Below, piece by piece: positions 7,696-16,070 of a stretch of DNA of 16,560 bases. Origin of the DNA: Caecitellus pseudoparvulus. Taxonomy: Eukaryota; Protista; Bigyra: Bicosoecida. The DNA lies in the NCBI GenBank assembly GCA_965644315.1, contig CBFFRQ010000160.1, forward strand, positions 1-16,560, written 5' to 3'. The notes under the pieces were generated by a model. That model was not told where the DNA came from. It saw nothing but the letters and a program-made list of their open reading frames with translations, and made no database searches. Position 1 is the stretch's first letter. Every line of letters begins with the position of its first letter. The translations under genes were made by a program, and so were the position numbers.

Positions 7696-8463
7696 ATGAG
7701 CTGTGTGGGCACGAGGCACCCTGGCGTGGCGTGCCGGCGCAGTTTGAGGCACGGCGCAGCGCCTGCAACGCAAGCGGGCAGAGTGAGCGCCGTGGGGGGC
7801 GTGAAGCGCAGGCTGGCGGGAGGCCAGGCCAGTCCCTGCAAGAGGAAGTGTGGCACAGCGTGTGCTGGCGAGGCGCCGGGTGTGGTGGCGGGGTGTAGTG
7901 GGGGCGCATTGTGTGGCGACCGTCACTGCGTGGGCGCAGGGCTTGGTGGCGAGGTGTGTGGAGAGTCAGCGGCGCAGGTGGGGCGGTTGGAGGACGTGAC
8001 GCGCACAGGCGTCGCGGCACTGCAGGGTGAGCTGCCGTCGTGGTCTGCCCAGTGGCGTACGGGGACGGTGGCGGACGTGTCACTGTGGAAGGTGGGTGTG
8101 GTCGGTGTGGTCGGTGGTGGTCGGAGTGGCGGAGCGAGTTGTGGCGGGTTGACGGTGACGAGCAGTGGGGGGTCAAGCAGCTGTGAGGAGTGGGGGTCGG
8201 GGGGGTGTGTAGGCGTTGGCTTGGGTGGGGTTGAGGAGTGCAGCCGTGGTGGTGGTGACGTGGGCCACAGCAGCGGCAGCGAGTGGGAGAGTGACGGCAG
8301 CGACAGCAGCGGCAGCAGTGGCAGCACGGTGTCATGTGAGGAGGCGGACAGTGGCACCCGTGACGGCAGTGGACGCGGGGACGACGCCATGGGCGATGTG
8401 GGAGCGAGCATGCCGCGTGGCGAGAGCGTTGGTGTGGGCGAGGGCGAGGTGGAGGTGGCTGGG
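7696..8463 (+). pseudogene. Zinc-finger gene paralog, copy 2: 5' part, interrupted by the AT-rich virus before the finger region
   Basis: ATG at 7696 (MSCVGTRH...). 7948-8211 aligns ungapped to 5817-6080 (about 15 mismatches by hand count) and 8431-8463 aligns to 6081-6113. Homology stops abruptly at 8463. Confidence 0.75.
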
Positions 8464-8900
8464 AAAAAAAAGGGATGGGTGGGTGTTTAGTGTAAAACAC
8501 CACCCCCCGGTAGATACATACGTAATGCGTGGCTAAAGCCACTATATTTAATGGTTCATTTTATAGTAATTTAATAGTCAATAAAATATATATTATTTAA
8601 GGTATATTTAAAAACAAGAAATAGTAAATTATAGGAAATATAAAAAAGTAATCAATTAAAACATTATTTCCTATTTCCTTAATTTCTCTTTTTTTTATGG
8701 ATTTTTAAATATTATTTTAATTTTCTTAAAATAGACTTTGAGAAAGAAAATATAAGATATAGGAAAAGTCTCTCTTAATCGCATGTGTAATACTTTTAGT
8801 GAATGAGTAAATAAATATCTCTCTTAATCGCATGTGTTATACTTTTAGTGAATGAGTAAGTAAATATCTCTCTTAATTGCGGTGTGTGTCCCCTTCAAGA
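8464..8900. other. Non-coding terminal region, probable left terminal inverted repeat
   Basis: ORF-free end with hairpins (8477-8505, 8529-8542), a 10-bp inverted repeat (8631-8640 / 8665-8674) and tandem repeats. The other end is outside the window, so a TIR is not proven. Confidence 0.5.
8769..8887. repeat. 49-bp tandem repeat, about 2.4 copies
   Basis: tctctcttaatcgcatgtgtWatacttttagtgaatgagtaaRtaaata at 8769-8817 and 8818-8866, with a partial diverged third copy from 8867. Confidence 0.95.
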
Positions 8901-8948
8901 ACAATTTAAACGCAATATTAAAAAATAAATTATGAGACTATAATAATC

Positions 8949-9191
8949 ATGCAAAAAAAGAACCTATCTAAAAAGTACTTAACCATGGATTTATCTTTAT
9001 TAGCTTTTGATATTGAAGAGCAAAAGGAAAATATACAAGACCTAAAGAAAGAACTAAAAGAACTTCAAGCTGAAATGAAAGAAAAATTACAATTGCTAAG
9101 TAATAGAATGAAAACAGAAAATAAACAAGAATTAAAAGTAAAAGAGAAGATTTATAAAATTCAAACAGAGGATACATTAATTGTTGAATAA
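8949..9191 (+). CDS. Small coiled-coil viral hypothetical protein, 80 aa
   Basis: Heptad K/E/L pattern (IQDLKKELKELQAEMKEKL). AT-rich leader ctataataatcATG resembles neighbouring genes. Confidence 0.7.
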   Translation: MQKKNLSKKYLTMDLSLLAFDIEEQKENIQDLKKELKELQAEMKEKLQLLSNRMKTENKQELKVKEKIYKIQTEDTLIVE

Positions 9192-9216
9192 AATTTTTAT
9201 CTATGTATAATAATAT

Positions 9217-10014
9217 ATGGATAAAGTTATAAACTATTTTAATGACTTTTTTTTAGGTAATCCAGCAAATACACAAACATTACAAACATCAACAATTACA
9301 AAAAAAGATATTTATCAAGTACCTATACCATGGGACGCTTACCAATGTGCTGTAGCGTGCAAATTAGTATATGATAGCCCTTCAACACGTCCATTTATTA
9401 CAAGTAATTTAGTTTATAATGAAACATTAAGTAATAATAAAATGGCTGTATTTGTTGATATATCAGAAACACCAAAAGCATTTATTGTATTTAGAGGGAC
9501 ACAAACAGACGTAATTGATTTTATTGATGATTTAAGTATTATTGCAGGAGGTAGTTTTTTATTAAATTTATTAATTAATACAAAGAGACTAAATAAAATG
9601 CTAAATACTTTAAATGAAGTAGGTATTCAAAACATATATTTTACGGGTCATTCTTTAGGAGGTTTTGAAGCTGTGTATGCTTCAAATGAATATGGTATTC
9701 CTGCAATTGTATATAATATTGGTGCATCACCAACACAAGAACTAAGTAAAAGTATAAGGGAATTTAAAAATAAAGTTTTAGGCATTCGTAATAGCTATAA
9801 AGATATTTTTGATAGTAGTATAATTAAATCGTACATTATGGAAGGTGATTTAATAGCTGAAACAAGTAAAGTTTTAATTCCAAACACAACAGTCTTAAAA
9901 CCAAAACCAGCACCAAAAAATTTAATAGAAGCCCATTCAATTGATTTTATTTTAAAAAGTGTAGCACCAACAAATATTGAATTATATTATAGTAAACCAT
10001 CAATTGGTTTTTAA
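9217..10014 (+). CDS. Class-3 (alpha/beta hydrolase) lipase-like protein, 265 aa
   Basis: IVFRGT oxyanion motif, nucleophile elbow FTGHSLGG, GDLI (Asp) and EAHSI (His) form a complete triad. Confidence 0.88.
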   Translation: MDKVINYFNDFFLGNPANTQTLQTSTITKKDIYQVPIPWDAYQCAVACKLVYDSPSTRPFITSNLVYNETLSNNKMAVFVDISETPKAFIVFRGTQTDVIDFIDDLSIIAGGSFLLNLLINTKRLNKMLNTLNEVGIQNIYFTGHSLGGFEAVYASNEYGIPAIVYNIGASPTQELSKSIREFKNKVLGIRNSYKDIFDSSIIKSYIMEGDLIAETSKVLIPNTTVLKPKPAPKNLIEAHSIDFILKSVAPTNIELYYSKPSIGF

Positions 10015-10045
10015 GAAAGATTTTTTTATGAAAGTAATATATAAT

Positions 10046-10345
10046 ATGAATAAACAATATGATTATGAAGATCCATTTAATGGAAAAGAACCAACAAGAA
10101 AAGAGTATGAAGAATATATTGATCATTTAAAAGAAGTAAATCAAAAGCGTATTGAATTAATTAAAAGTTGTAGTGATTATTATTTGGTACAACACTTAGA
10201 TTTTTCAGAAGATTACCTATCATATGAAGAATTTATAGAATATGAAAAAGAAATTGAAAATGAAAAAGACAAGACACAAAAGGAAGCAACAAAAATGAAA
10301 ATGGATAATGTACATAAGGAACTATTAATGGCTACATCAAATTAA
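10046..10345 (+). CDS. Acidic viral hypothetical protein, about 99 aa
   Basis: Open frame 9977-10345. ATG 10046 preferred because it follows atatataat and avoids overlap with the lipase. ATG 10028 is an alternative. Confidence 0.65.
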   Translation: MNKQYDYEDPFNGKEPTRKEYEEYIDHLKEVNQKRIELIKSCSDYYLVQHLDFSEDYLSYEEFIEYEKEIENEKDKTQKEATKMKMDNVHKELLMATSN

Positions 10346-10443
10346 ATATTTTATAGACTAATTTTATATTCTGTAAAATGATAATTGAGTATTTTTTATT
10401 TTTAATTTATGAAAGAGTATTAGAATTTTTGAATTATATAAAA

Positions 10444-10872
10444 ATGAAATTTTCAGTCTTTCAGTGTTCAGAGTTAAAAAGATTGAAAGAAACTGAAACT
10501 AAGACTGAAAATAAGTTTGAAAATGTAAAAGATGATTTTGTTGATATTCAAACTAAGGAAAATGTTCCAGTTATTTCAAATATAGAAACCAAATATTATT
10601 ATAAACCAAAAAGGGAATTAAAGCAAAGAAAGCAATTATCTGAGAAGAAAAAACAGCAATTAATAAATGCACGAAAGAAGGCACAAGAAACATATAGAAG
10701 GAGAAGAGAACAAAAAGCAAGATTGCAGGAAGAAGAGCGAATAAAAAAATATGTAAAAATTATTAAACCAGAGATAATAAAGGAGGTTGAACAACCAGTA
10801 AAAAATAAGAGTATAAATGATGATTACATAATAGAGGATCTTTTGAAACAAATGGAGGAAGAAAATTATTGA
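10444..10872 (+). CDS. Lys/Arg/Glu-rich helical viral protein, possible nucleic-acid binder
   Basis: Open frame 10378-10872. ATG 10444 follows ttatataaa. Basic helix KQLSEKKKQQLINARKKAQETYRRRREQK. Confidence 0.7.
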   Translation: MKFSVFQCSELKRLKETETKTENKFENVKDDFVDIQTKENVPVISNIETKYYYKPKRELKQRKQLSEKKKQQLINARKKAQETYRRRREQKARLQEEERIKKYVKIIKPEIIKEVEQPVKNKSINDDYIIEDLLKQMEEENY

Positions 10873-10906
10873 AAGTATAAATTAATATTTTATTAGTCTA
10901 TATTAT

Positions 10907-12976
10907 ATGAATCCATTTAATTTGACAGATGAGCAAATTTATAACATGCAGGAAGAGTTGAATGAGGAAAGAAATACACAATTTGTAAATCTAGGCTTAT
11001 TGAATTATACAACTGATTTATTAGTACCTCAAGAAGCAGAAGAAGAGGAAGATATAAATTTAGATGAAGCAATTACAAATGCCGATTTAATACTACATAA
11101 CAAACAGTTCTACAATGAAGGATGGGGTACAACAGATGAATCATTTGAAGAAGCTTTTTTTAATGAGCAAAAAAAAGAAGAAGAAATACAAAATAAATTA
11201 TTTAGAAGTTTAGGATTAACACCAGAAACTTTAGAGTTAGATGAAGAACAAAAAGAATTAAAAAATATATTAAATTATATTGATGCTTTTGGAAAACGTC
11301 ATAACCTTTCACAAGCTGAAGTATTAAATTTAAGATCAAAAGCTACTGAATCATTTTTAAAGAACAAATTTAATCCTTCATTCATAGCACAACAACAACC
11401 AATAAATCAAATGCAACAAGAAATAAACCAAAAATTCAGTGGTGCTTCAGACCAGCCACCAGCACAACCACCAACAGAACCACCAGCAGAACCACCAGCA
11501 GAACCACAAGCACCAGCACAAGGGGGAGCAGGTGAGAGCAAAGAAGGAGCGGGAACTGCCCAAATGATAGACACTAGTGGGGGTATTCATACAGTAGATA
11601 AACCAACAACAGAAGCACCAGCACCAAGACGACCTGAACCAGTGGCGGATACAGGGGCGGGGGCAGTAGTTCCAAACCAAGCAGAGCTAAGAGCAAACCG
11701 ACTTAAATTATTAGAAAGAGTTCAACAAAGAGGAGATGAAGTAAGAAGAGAAAACAAAGATAAAGAATACCAAGATTTAGCCGATAAGATAGCACGAGAA
11801 TTTATAGAAGCAATAAAAGGTGTATCTGGTGTTGCAAAAACAAATATGATAAATATAATAAACAAATTAGTTGAAAGATCAAGAAATACACTTAATACAA
11901 CAGGAACAGACAAAGCAATAACAGCCGATGATGTAGATATTATTACACAAAGTAGCACATCAAAATCTGCCGAAGTATTTGAAGGAATATTAGAAGGTAT
12001 ACCAGAATATACAAAACTAAACTTAGAAGATAAAGTAATTGTAATTTCTAAAATAGATTTTAATAAAATAGAAGAACAAAAACAAAAAGCAAGAGCGGAT
12101 ATTAAGTATGGTACATTACCAGATGCACAAAGAAATGAGGTTTATTATTTGTACCTTGGACAATTACTAACTCTTGGGAAAATTTCATTAGATAGTATTT
12201 TAAAGCAAACAGAAGAAACTCCAGAGAAACTAGGGCAAAAAATGTATACTGCTAGTGTTAATGCTAAGAAAACCCCAAAGTACTTATCAGTTTTGTATGA
12301 TATATTAAACAGGTACTTAGCTGACAATAAAATAACGACTCCAACAGGTGGGCATAAGACACAAATGGGTTATTATGGAAAACAAATTTTTGATTTAATT
12401 AAAGTTAATGCGGAAAAAGTACCAAGGGATGCAGGCGAGAAGGCGAATGCATATGCTAAACGAGTAATTGGAATACTAGCTAACCCCGAAAGCGGAATAT
12501 ATACAACAAGAAGAAGACCAGAACCAGCAGATGCACCAGCCCCAGCAGACGCACCAACCCCAGCAGATGCAGGAGATGAAGTAAGAGAATTAACAGATGC
12601 AGAAGATGGACAACTAAATAGATTAATTGATACATTTGAAGTAAGTAAAATGGGTGGAGCAAATCCAGATGAATTTATTGGACAGGAAATAGATTTATTA
12701 TTATCAGGCTCACCAAGTAGAGATATGAAAGCTTTAATAAAATCAATGGGCATAACAGAAGATACAATGAAAGACATAATTAAACGTAAGGCATACTTTA
12801 TTTCACCTGATACAAGAAAGGAATATGATACTGTTTCACAAGAAGCAAAAGAAGGAAAAATAGATAATATTGTAAAAAGTTATGCTGGTAGAATAGAAGG
12901 AGGAGGTGGAGGACAAGCCCAAGGACGCAGAACACAAGCAAGAAAGGGGCGAATTTTAAAAGGAAGAGGTCAATAA
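10907..12976 (+). CDS. Large hypothetical protein, 689 aa, candidate virion core/scaffold protein
   Basis: Long ORF directly upstream of the ATPase. Acidic N-terminus, Pro/Ala repeats (EPPA, PADA) and a basic Gly/Arg C-terminus. Function is inferred only. Confidence 0.8.
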   Translation: MNPFNLTDEQIYNMQEELNEERNTQFVNLGLLNYTTDLLVPQEAEEEEDINLDEAITNADLILHNKQFYNEGWGTTDESFEEAFFNEQKKEEEIQNKLFRSLGLTPETLELDEEQKELKNILNYIDAFGKRHNLSQAEVLNLRSKATESFLKNKFNPSFIAQQQPINQMQQEINQKFSGASDQPPAQPPTEPPAEPPAEPQAPAQGGAGESKEGAGTAQMIDTSGGIHTVDKPTTEAPAPRRPEPVADTGAGAVVPNQAELRANRLKLLERVQQRGDEVRRENKDKEYQDLADKIAREFIEAIKGVSGVAKTNMINIINKLVERSRNTLNTTGTDKAITADDVDIITQSSTSKSAEVFEGILEGIPEYTKLNLEDKVIVISKIDFNKIEEQKQKARADIKYGTLPDAQRNEVYYLYLGQLLTLGKISLDSILKQTEETPEKLGQKMYTASVNAKKTPKYLSVLYDILNRYLADNKITTPTGGHKTQMGYYGKQIFDLIKVNAEKVPRDAGEKANAYAKRVIGILANPESGIYTTRRRPEPADAPAPADAPTPADAGDEVRELTDAEDGQLNRLIDTFEVSKMGGANPDEFIGQEIDLLLSGSPSRDMKALIKSMGITEDTMKDIIKRKAYFISPDTRKEYDTVSQEAKEGKIDNIVKSYAGRIEGGGGGQAQGRRTQARKGRILKGRGQ

Positions 12977-12997
12977 AAAAATCTAAATAAATAGTAT

Positions 12998-13723
12998 ATG
13001 ACAGAATTTAAAGTTTATACATTTGAAGAAGATGACATAACCAAAGATAAAAAATATAAAAGTTTAATTCATCCAATTATAGGAGAACATCCACGAATGA
13101 TATTAATAGGGCCCAGTCAAGCAGGAAAAACTCAAATGATACATAACATATTATGGAATTGGTGTAAAGATTATTACACGAAATCAGAAGATAGCAGAAT
13201 TATTGTAATCAGTGGAACAGATACAACAATAAGACATATATCAAAAATGGCAGACAAACTAAAGCTAGATGAGGAGCAATTATTAATTATGGATTTTTTA
13301 GATTTTGAAGAATTAAAGAGTATTTACAAAGGATTAAATCCAAAAGTTCCACATATTTTTATTTTTGATGATATGGCATATAACCATGAAATGAATACAA
13401 ATCATAGAACAAATTTTTTATCTGAATTGTTTGCAAGTGGTAGACATAAGAACACAGGATGCATAATAGCAACACAAAAGTATCATTTTTTAGGACGTGA
13501 TGTAAGAATGCTTAATTCAACTTTAGTTTCTATTTATTGGAATTGCTCAGATGGTGAAATATGGAAAGTATATGATGATAATTTTTCACAATATATAAAT
13601 ACAGATGATTTCAAAGACCTTGTATATGATAATTTGAATGAAAAGTATAGTTTTATTTTATTGAACAAGAAAACAGGGAAGATTTATAATAACAAAATGA
13701 AAGAAATATATAGTAAGTTTTAA
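12998..13723 (+). CDS. A32/FtsK-HerA-like DNA packaging ATPase, 241 aa
   Basis: Walker A GPSQAGKT, Walker B IFIFDD, and the A32-family signature LFASGRH...IIATQKY...VRM.N. Confidence 0.95.
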   Translation: MTEFKVYTFEEDDITKDKKYKSLIHPIIGEHPRMILIGPSQAGKTQMIHNILWNWCKDYYTKSEDSRIIVISGTDTTIRHISKMADKLKLDEEQLLIMDFLDFEELKSIYKGLNPKVPHIFIFDDMAYNHEMNTNHRTNFLSELFASGRHKNTGCIIATQKYHFLGRDVRMLNSTLVSIYWNCSDGEIWKVYDDNFSQYINTDDFKDLVYDNLNEKYSFILLNKKTGKIYNNKMKEIYSKF

Positions 13724-13769
13724 TTAATTCTTTTAGTAAAATATTTTTTCTTTTATAAATATATATATA

Positions 13770-15098
13770 ATGGAAAAGAAAGATGAAATTTATCTATTAG
13801 GTGGTGTTTTGGATGGTGTAAGAACGAAAGCAAATAAACTTGTTAATTCACGTTCAAGATTACAATATGATTTACAAGGAACACGAAGCGGATTTGGTAA
13901 TTTAAATACTAATCTAAATGCTACAATTCAAACAGGCTCACATGTTCCACAAGCTGATACGCTATCATTAGATGGTGAATTTAAAGTTTCTGGAGGTCAA
14001 GCAGGTTCAAATGTAAAACTGTGTGGCGATATTTGCTCAGCTATTGAACAAATAAAAGTTTATGTAGGAGGTGCTTTAGTTGTAAATTTAAGCAAACATG
14101 CATATTTAGTAGCTATGATGAATAAAAAATTAAATATGAGTGCAGAAGAACTAGCAATTCATAACGTTAAGGCTCTTCAAAATGTTGTATTTGATGCAAC
14201 AGGTGGATCAAGTTATAGTTTTTCAATTCCTATGTCTCTTTTTGGTTTAGATTTAAAGAAATTAATTCCTGTTGGCAACACTCCTATTAACATACAAATT
14301 ACTCTTCAAAGTAAATTAGATATGTTATTTGTATCTGGTGGAACAGCTCCAACAGCACCAATAAAATATGAATTAAATAATGTAAAATTTAGTATGGAAG
14401 CATACCAATTAACAAATCTAGGTGCTCAACTGATGTTAAAAAAGGTTGATCCAACTTCAAATAGTTCAAGTATGAAAGGAATTGTAAATAGATTTTATGG
14501 TTATGATTTATCTTATCAAACCCTTCAACAAGCAACCACACATTCACACCAATTTAATATTAAAAAGCGTGATATTATCAGCACACTTTTATTACCTGCT
14601 TATGTTACCATTCCCGCAGGAAGTTCTGATGCTAATGGATTTAATACACTTAATACAGACCCAGTCAACGATTTTTTATGGACTACTAGCACAAATTTTA
14701 ATTTTGTTTCAAATTATCGTATACAATTTACAGGAGAACCCTATGCAAATGTAAATGGTGCAAATGGTGAATCTCTATATACTGATCATTTTGAAGGAGT
14801 ATTAAGAACCGCAAAACCAGAACTACACAGTAAGAGCTATGCTTCTGAATATTCAGATCAAATGAAAAGAAGTAATAATAAATGTCAAGTCCTTGGCGGT
14901 CTGTTCCTAAAAACACCAGAAGACAGCCAACATGCAACAGAAAATGGTTTTAATAGTTTAGTTGGTTCATCTGCTTTAGTAGTTGATTTTGATACATCTG
15001 CTGCACCTGCAAATTATGCAAATAAAAATTTAGTATGCTTAGTAAAATTCAAAAGACAATTAGAACTAGCAGGTGGTGTAGCAAAAGTAGTTGAATAA
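13770..15098 (+). CDS. Major capsid protein (double jelly roll, PLV/Polinton type), 442 aa
   Basis: Size and position after the ATPase. Beta-rich pattern with DJR-typical segments SAIEQIKVYVGG, FSIPMSLFG...LIP, INIQITL, YELNNVKF. Confidence 0.82.
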   Translation: MEKKDEIYLLGGVLDGVRTKANKLVNSRSRLQYDLQGTRSGFGNLNTNLNATIQTGSHVPQADTLSLDGEFKVSGGQAGSNVKLCGDICSAIEQIKVYVGGALVVNLSKHAYLVAMMNKKLNMSAEELAIHNVKALQNVVFDATGGSSYSFSIPMSLFGLDLKKLIPVGNTPINIQITLQSKLDMLFVSGGTAPTAPIKYELNNVKFSMEAYQLTNLGAQLMLKKVDPTSNSSSMKGIVNRFYGYDLSYQTLQQATTHSHQFNIKKRDIISTLLLPAYVTIPAGSSDANGFNTLNTDPVNDFLWTTSTNFNFVSNYRIQFTGEPYANVNGANGESLYTDHFEGVLRTAKPELHSKSYASEYSDQMKRSNNKCQVLGGLFLKTPEDSQHATENGFNSLVGSSALVVDFDTSAAPANYANKNLVCLVKFKRQLELAGGVAKVVE

Positions 15099-15110
15099 AT
15101 AAATATATAG

Positions 15111-15143
15111 TATTCTTTTATTTTATAAAACAATAAAAGAATA
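15111..15143 (+). terminator. Perfect 12-bp AT-rich hairpin downstream of the MCP gene
   Basis: TATTCTTTTATT (15111-15122), 9 nt, AATAAAAGAATA (15132-15143). Terminator function is inferred. Confidence 0.55.
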
Positions 15144-15179
15144 ATTGAATTTTTATTTTCTCAATTAAGAATATATAAA

Positions 15180-16022
15180 ATGAGCTTAATTGACATCAAT
15201 AATACTTTAGAAGTTTATATTAATAGTGCAATTGACAAAAGACCAAGTGATACATCTTTTGAATGGACAACAGAATTTAATACTACACCATTAGTTTTAT
15301 CAGGTGGTGATTATATCCACCGTCTCATTGTTCAATCTGCCAGTGTTCCAAATACATTTCCACAATTTAACCCAATTGATAGAGCTACATTTTCTATTGA
15401 AATAGAAAATGGAGCAACAACAGAACACACTATAAGCGAAAATTTAGTTTTTTCATCTACTGAGCAATTTGCAACATATTTACAAACAACAATAAATAAT
15501 GCTGGTGGTAATGTTTCAGTATCACAAGAACAATCAACATTAAAATTAAAAATTGTGAATAATGATACTGATTATGTTAAATTTTCAACAGTTGGTAATT
15601 ATGGTAAGTTTTGGAATAAAATAGGTTTTACACAAGAACAGTATAATGATGGTGAAGCATTAAAAATTGATCCATCCGATAATATGGAAGGTTTAAATTA
15701 TCCAAATTTAATTAGTACCAGTAAAGTTTTTATTTGTATGAAAAATGGTATTTTAAATAATTCATTCTTTGGTTCAGGATTAAACAGGCTTAAGTATCCA
15801 GTACTATTAAGTTTAAATATAGAATCAGGAACAGGTACATACTCAAGTTATGTATCAGATGATGAAATATTCTTTAATCATGATTTATTAGAAAACAATC
15901 AAATTAACCAAATGGATTTTATTTTATTAGATGATGAATATCAAGAGGTCAAATTGAAAGGTGGTTCAGTCAAATTATCTTTAATAATTAAGCAATATAG
16001 AACAGCCCAAGAACATTATTAA
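15180..16022 (+). CDS. Minor capsid (penton, single jelly roll) protein, 280 aa
   Basis: Typical mCP motifs: N-terminal VYINS..D.R..F, then SASVPNTF..FN, and C-terminal INQMDFILLDDEYQEVKLKGGSVKLSLII. Confidence 0.82.
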   Translation: MSLIDINNTLEVYINSAIDKRPSDTSFEWTTEFNTTPLVLSGGDYIHRLIVQSASVPNTFPQFNPIDRATFSIEIENGATTEHTISENLVFSSTEQFATYLQTTINNAGGNVSVSQEQSTLKLKIVNNDTDYVKFSTVGNYGKFWNKIGFTQEQYNDGEALKIDPSDNMEGLNYPNLISTSKVFICMKNGILNNSFFGSGLNRLKYPVLLSLNIESGTGTYSSYVSDDEIFFNHDLLENNQINQMDFILLDDEYQEVKLKGGSVKLSLIIKQYRTAQEHY

Positions 16023-16031
16023 ATTGTACAC

Positions 16032-16064
16032 TGTAGTTTATAAAAATTAATTTTATACACTATA
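16032..16064 (+). terminator. Imperfect 14-bp hairpin downstream of the mCP gene
   Basis: tgtagtttataaaa, loop attaa, ttttatacactata: 12 Watson-Crick pairs, one G-U and one mismatch. Confidence 0.45.
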
Positions 16065-16070
16065 TAATAT

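Noticed and set aside
7376-7699. ORF from the solo repeat whose TGA overlaps the ZnF copy 2 ATG (ATGA)
   Set aside because: Probably coincidental. The product is low-complexity and there is only one instance.
7264-8490. 408-aa ORF as a single gene
   Set aside because: It is a composite of solo-repeat sequence, a CA-rich leader, ZnF copy 2 from ATG 7696 and 8 codons of viral terminus.
8769-8887. 49-bp repeat as a mini-CRISPR or MIMIVIRE-like array
   Set aside because: The units are head-to-tail with no unique spacers and no nuclease gene nearby.
8949-9191. Resemblance of the 80-aa protein to small coiled-coil families of giant viruses
   Set aside because: The similarity is only an impression from a low-complexity coiled coil and cannot be supported without a profile search.
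8968-14937. Short minus-strand and nested ORFs in the AT-rich region
   Set aside because: They are antisense shadows of the real plus-strand genes, with biased F/L/I/S composition.
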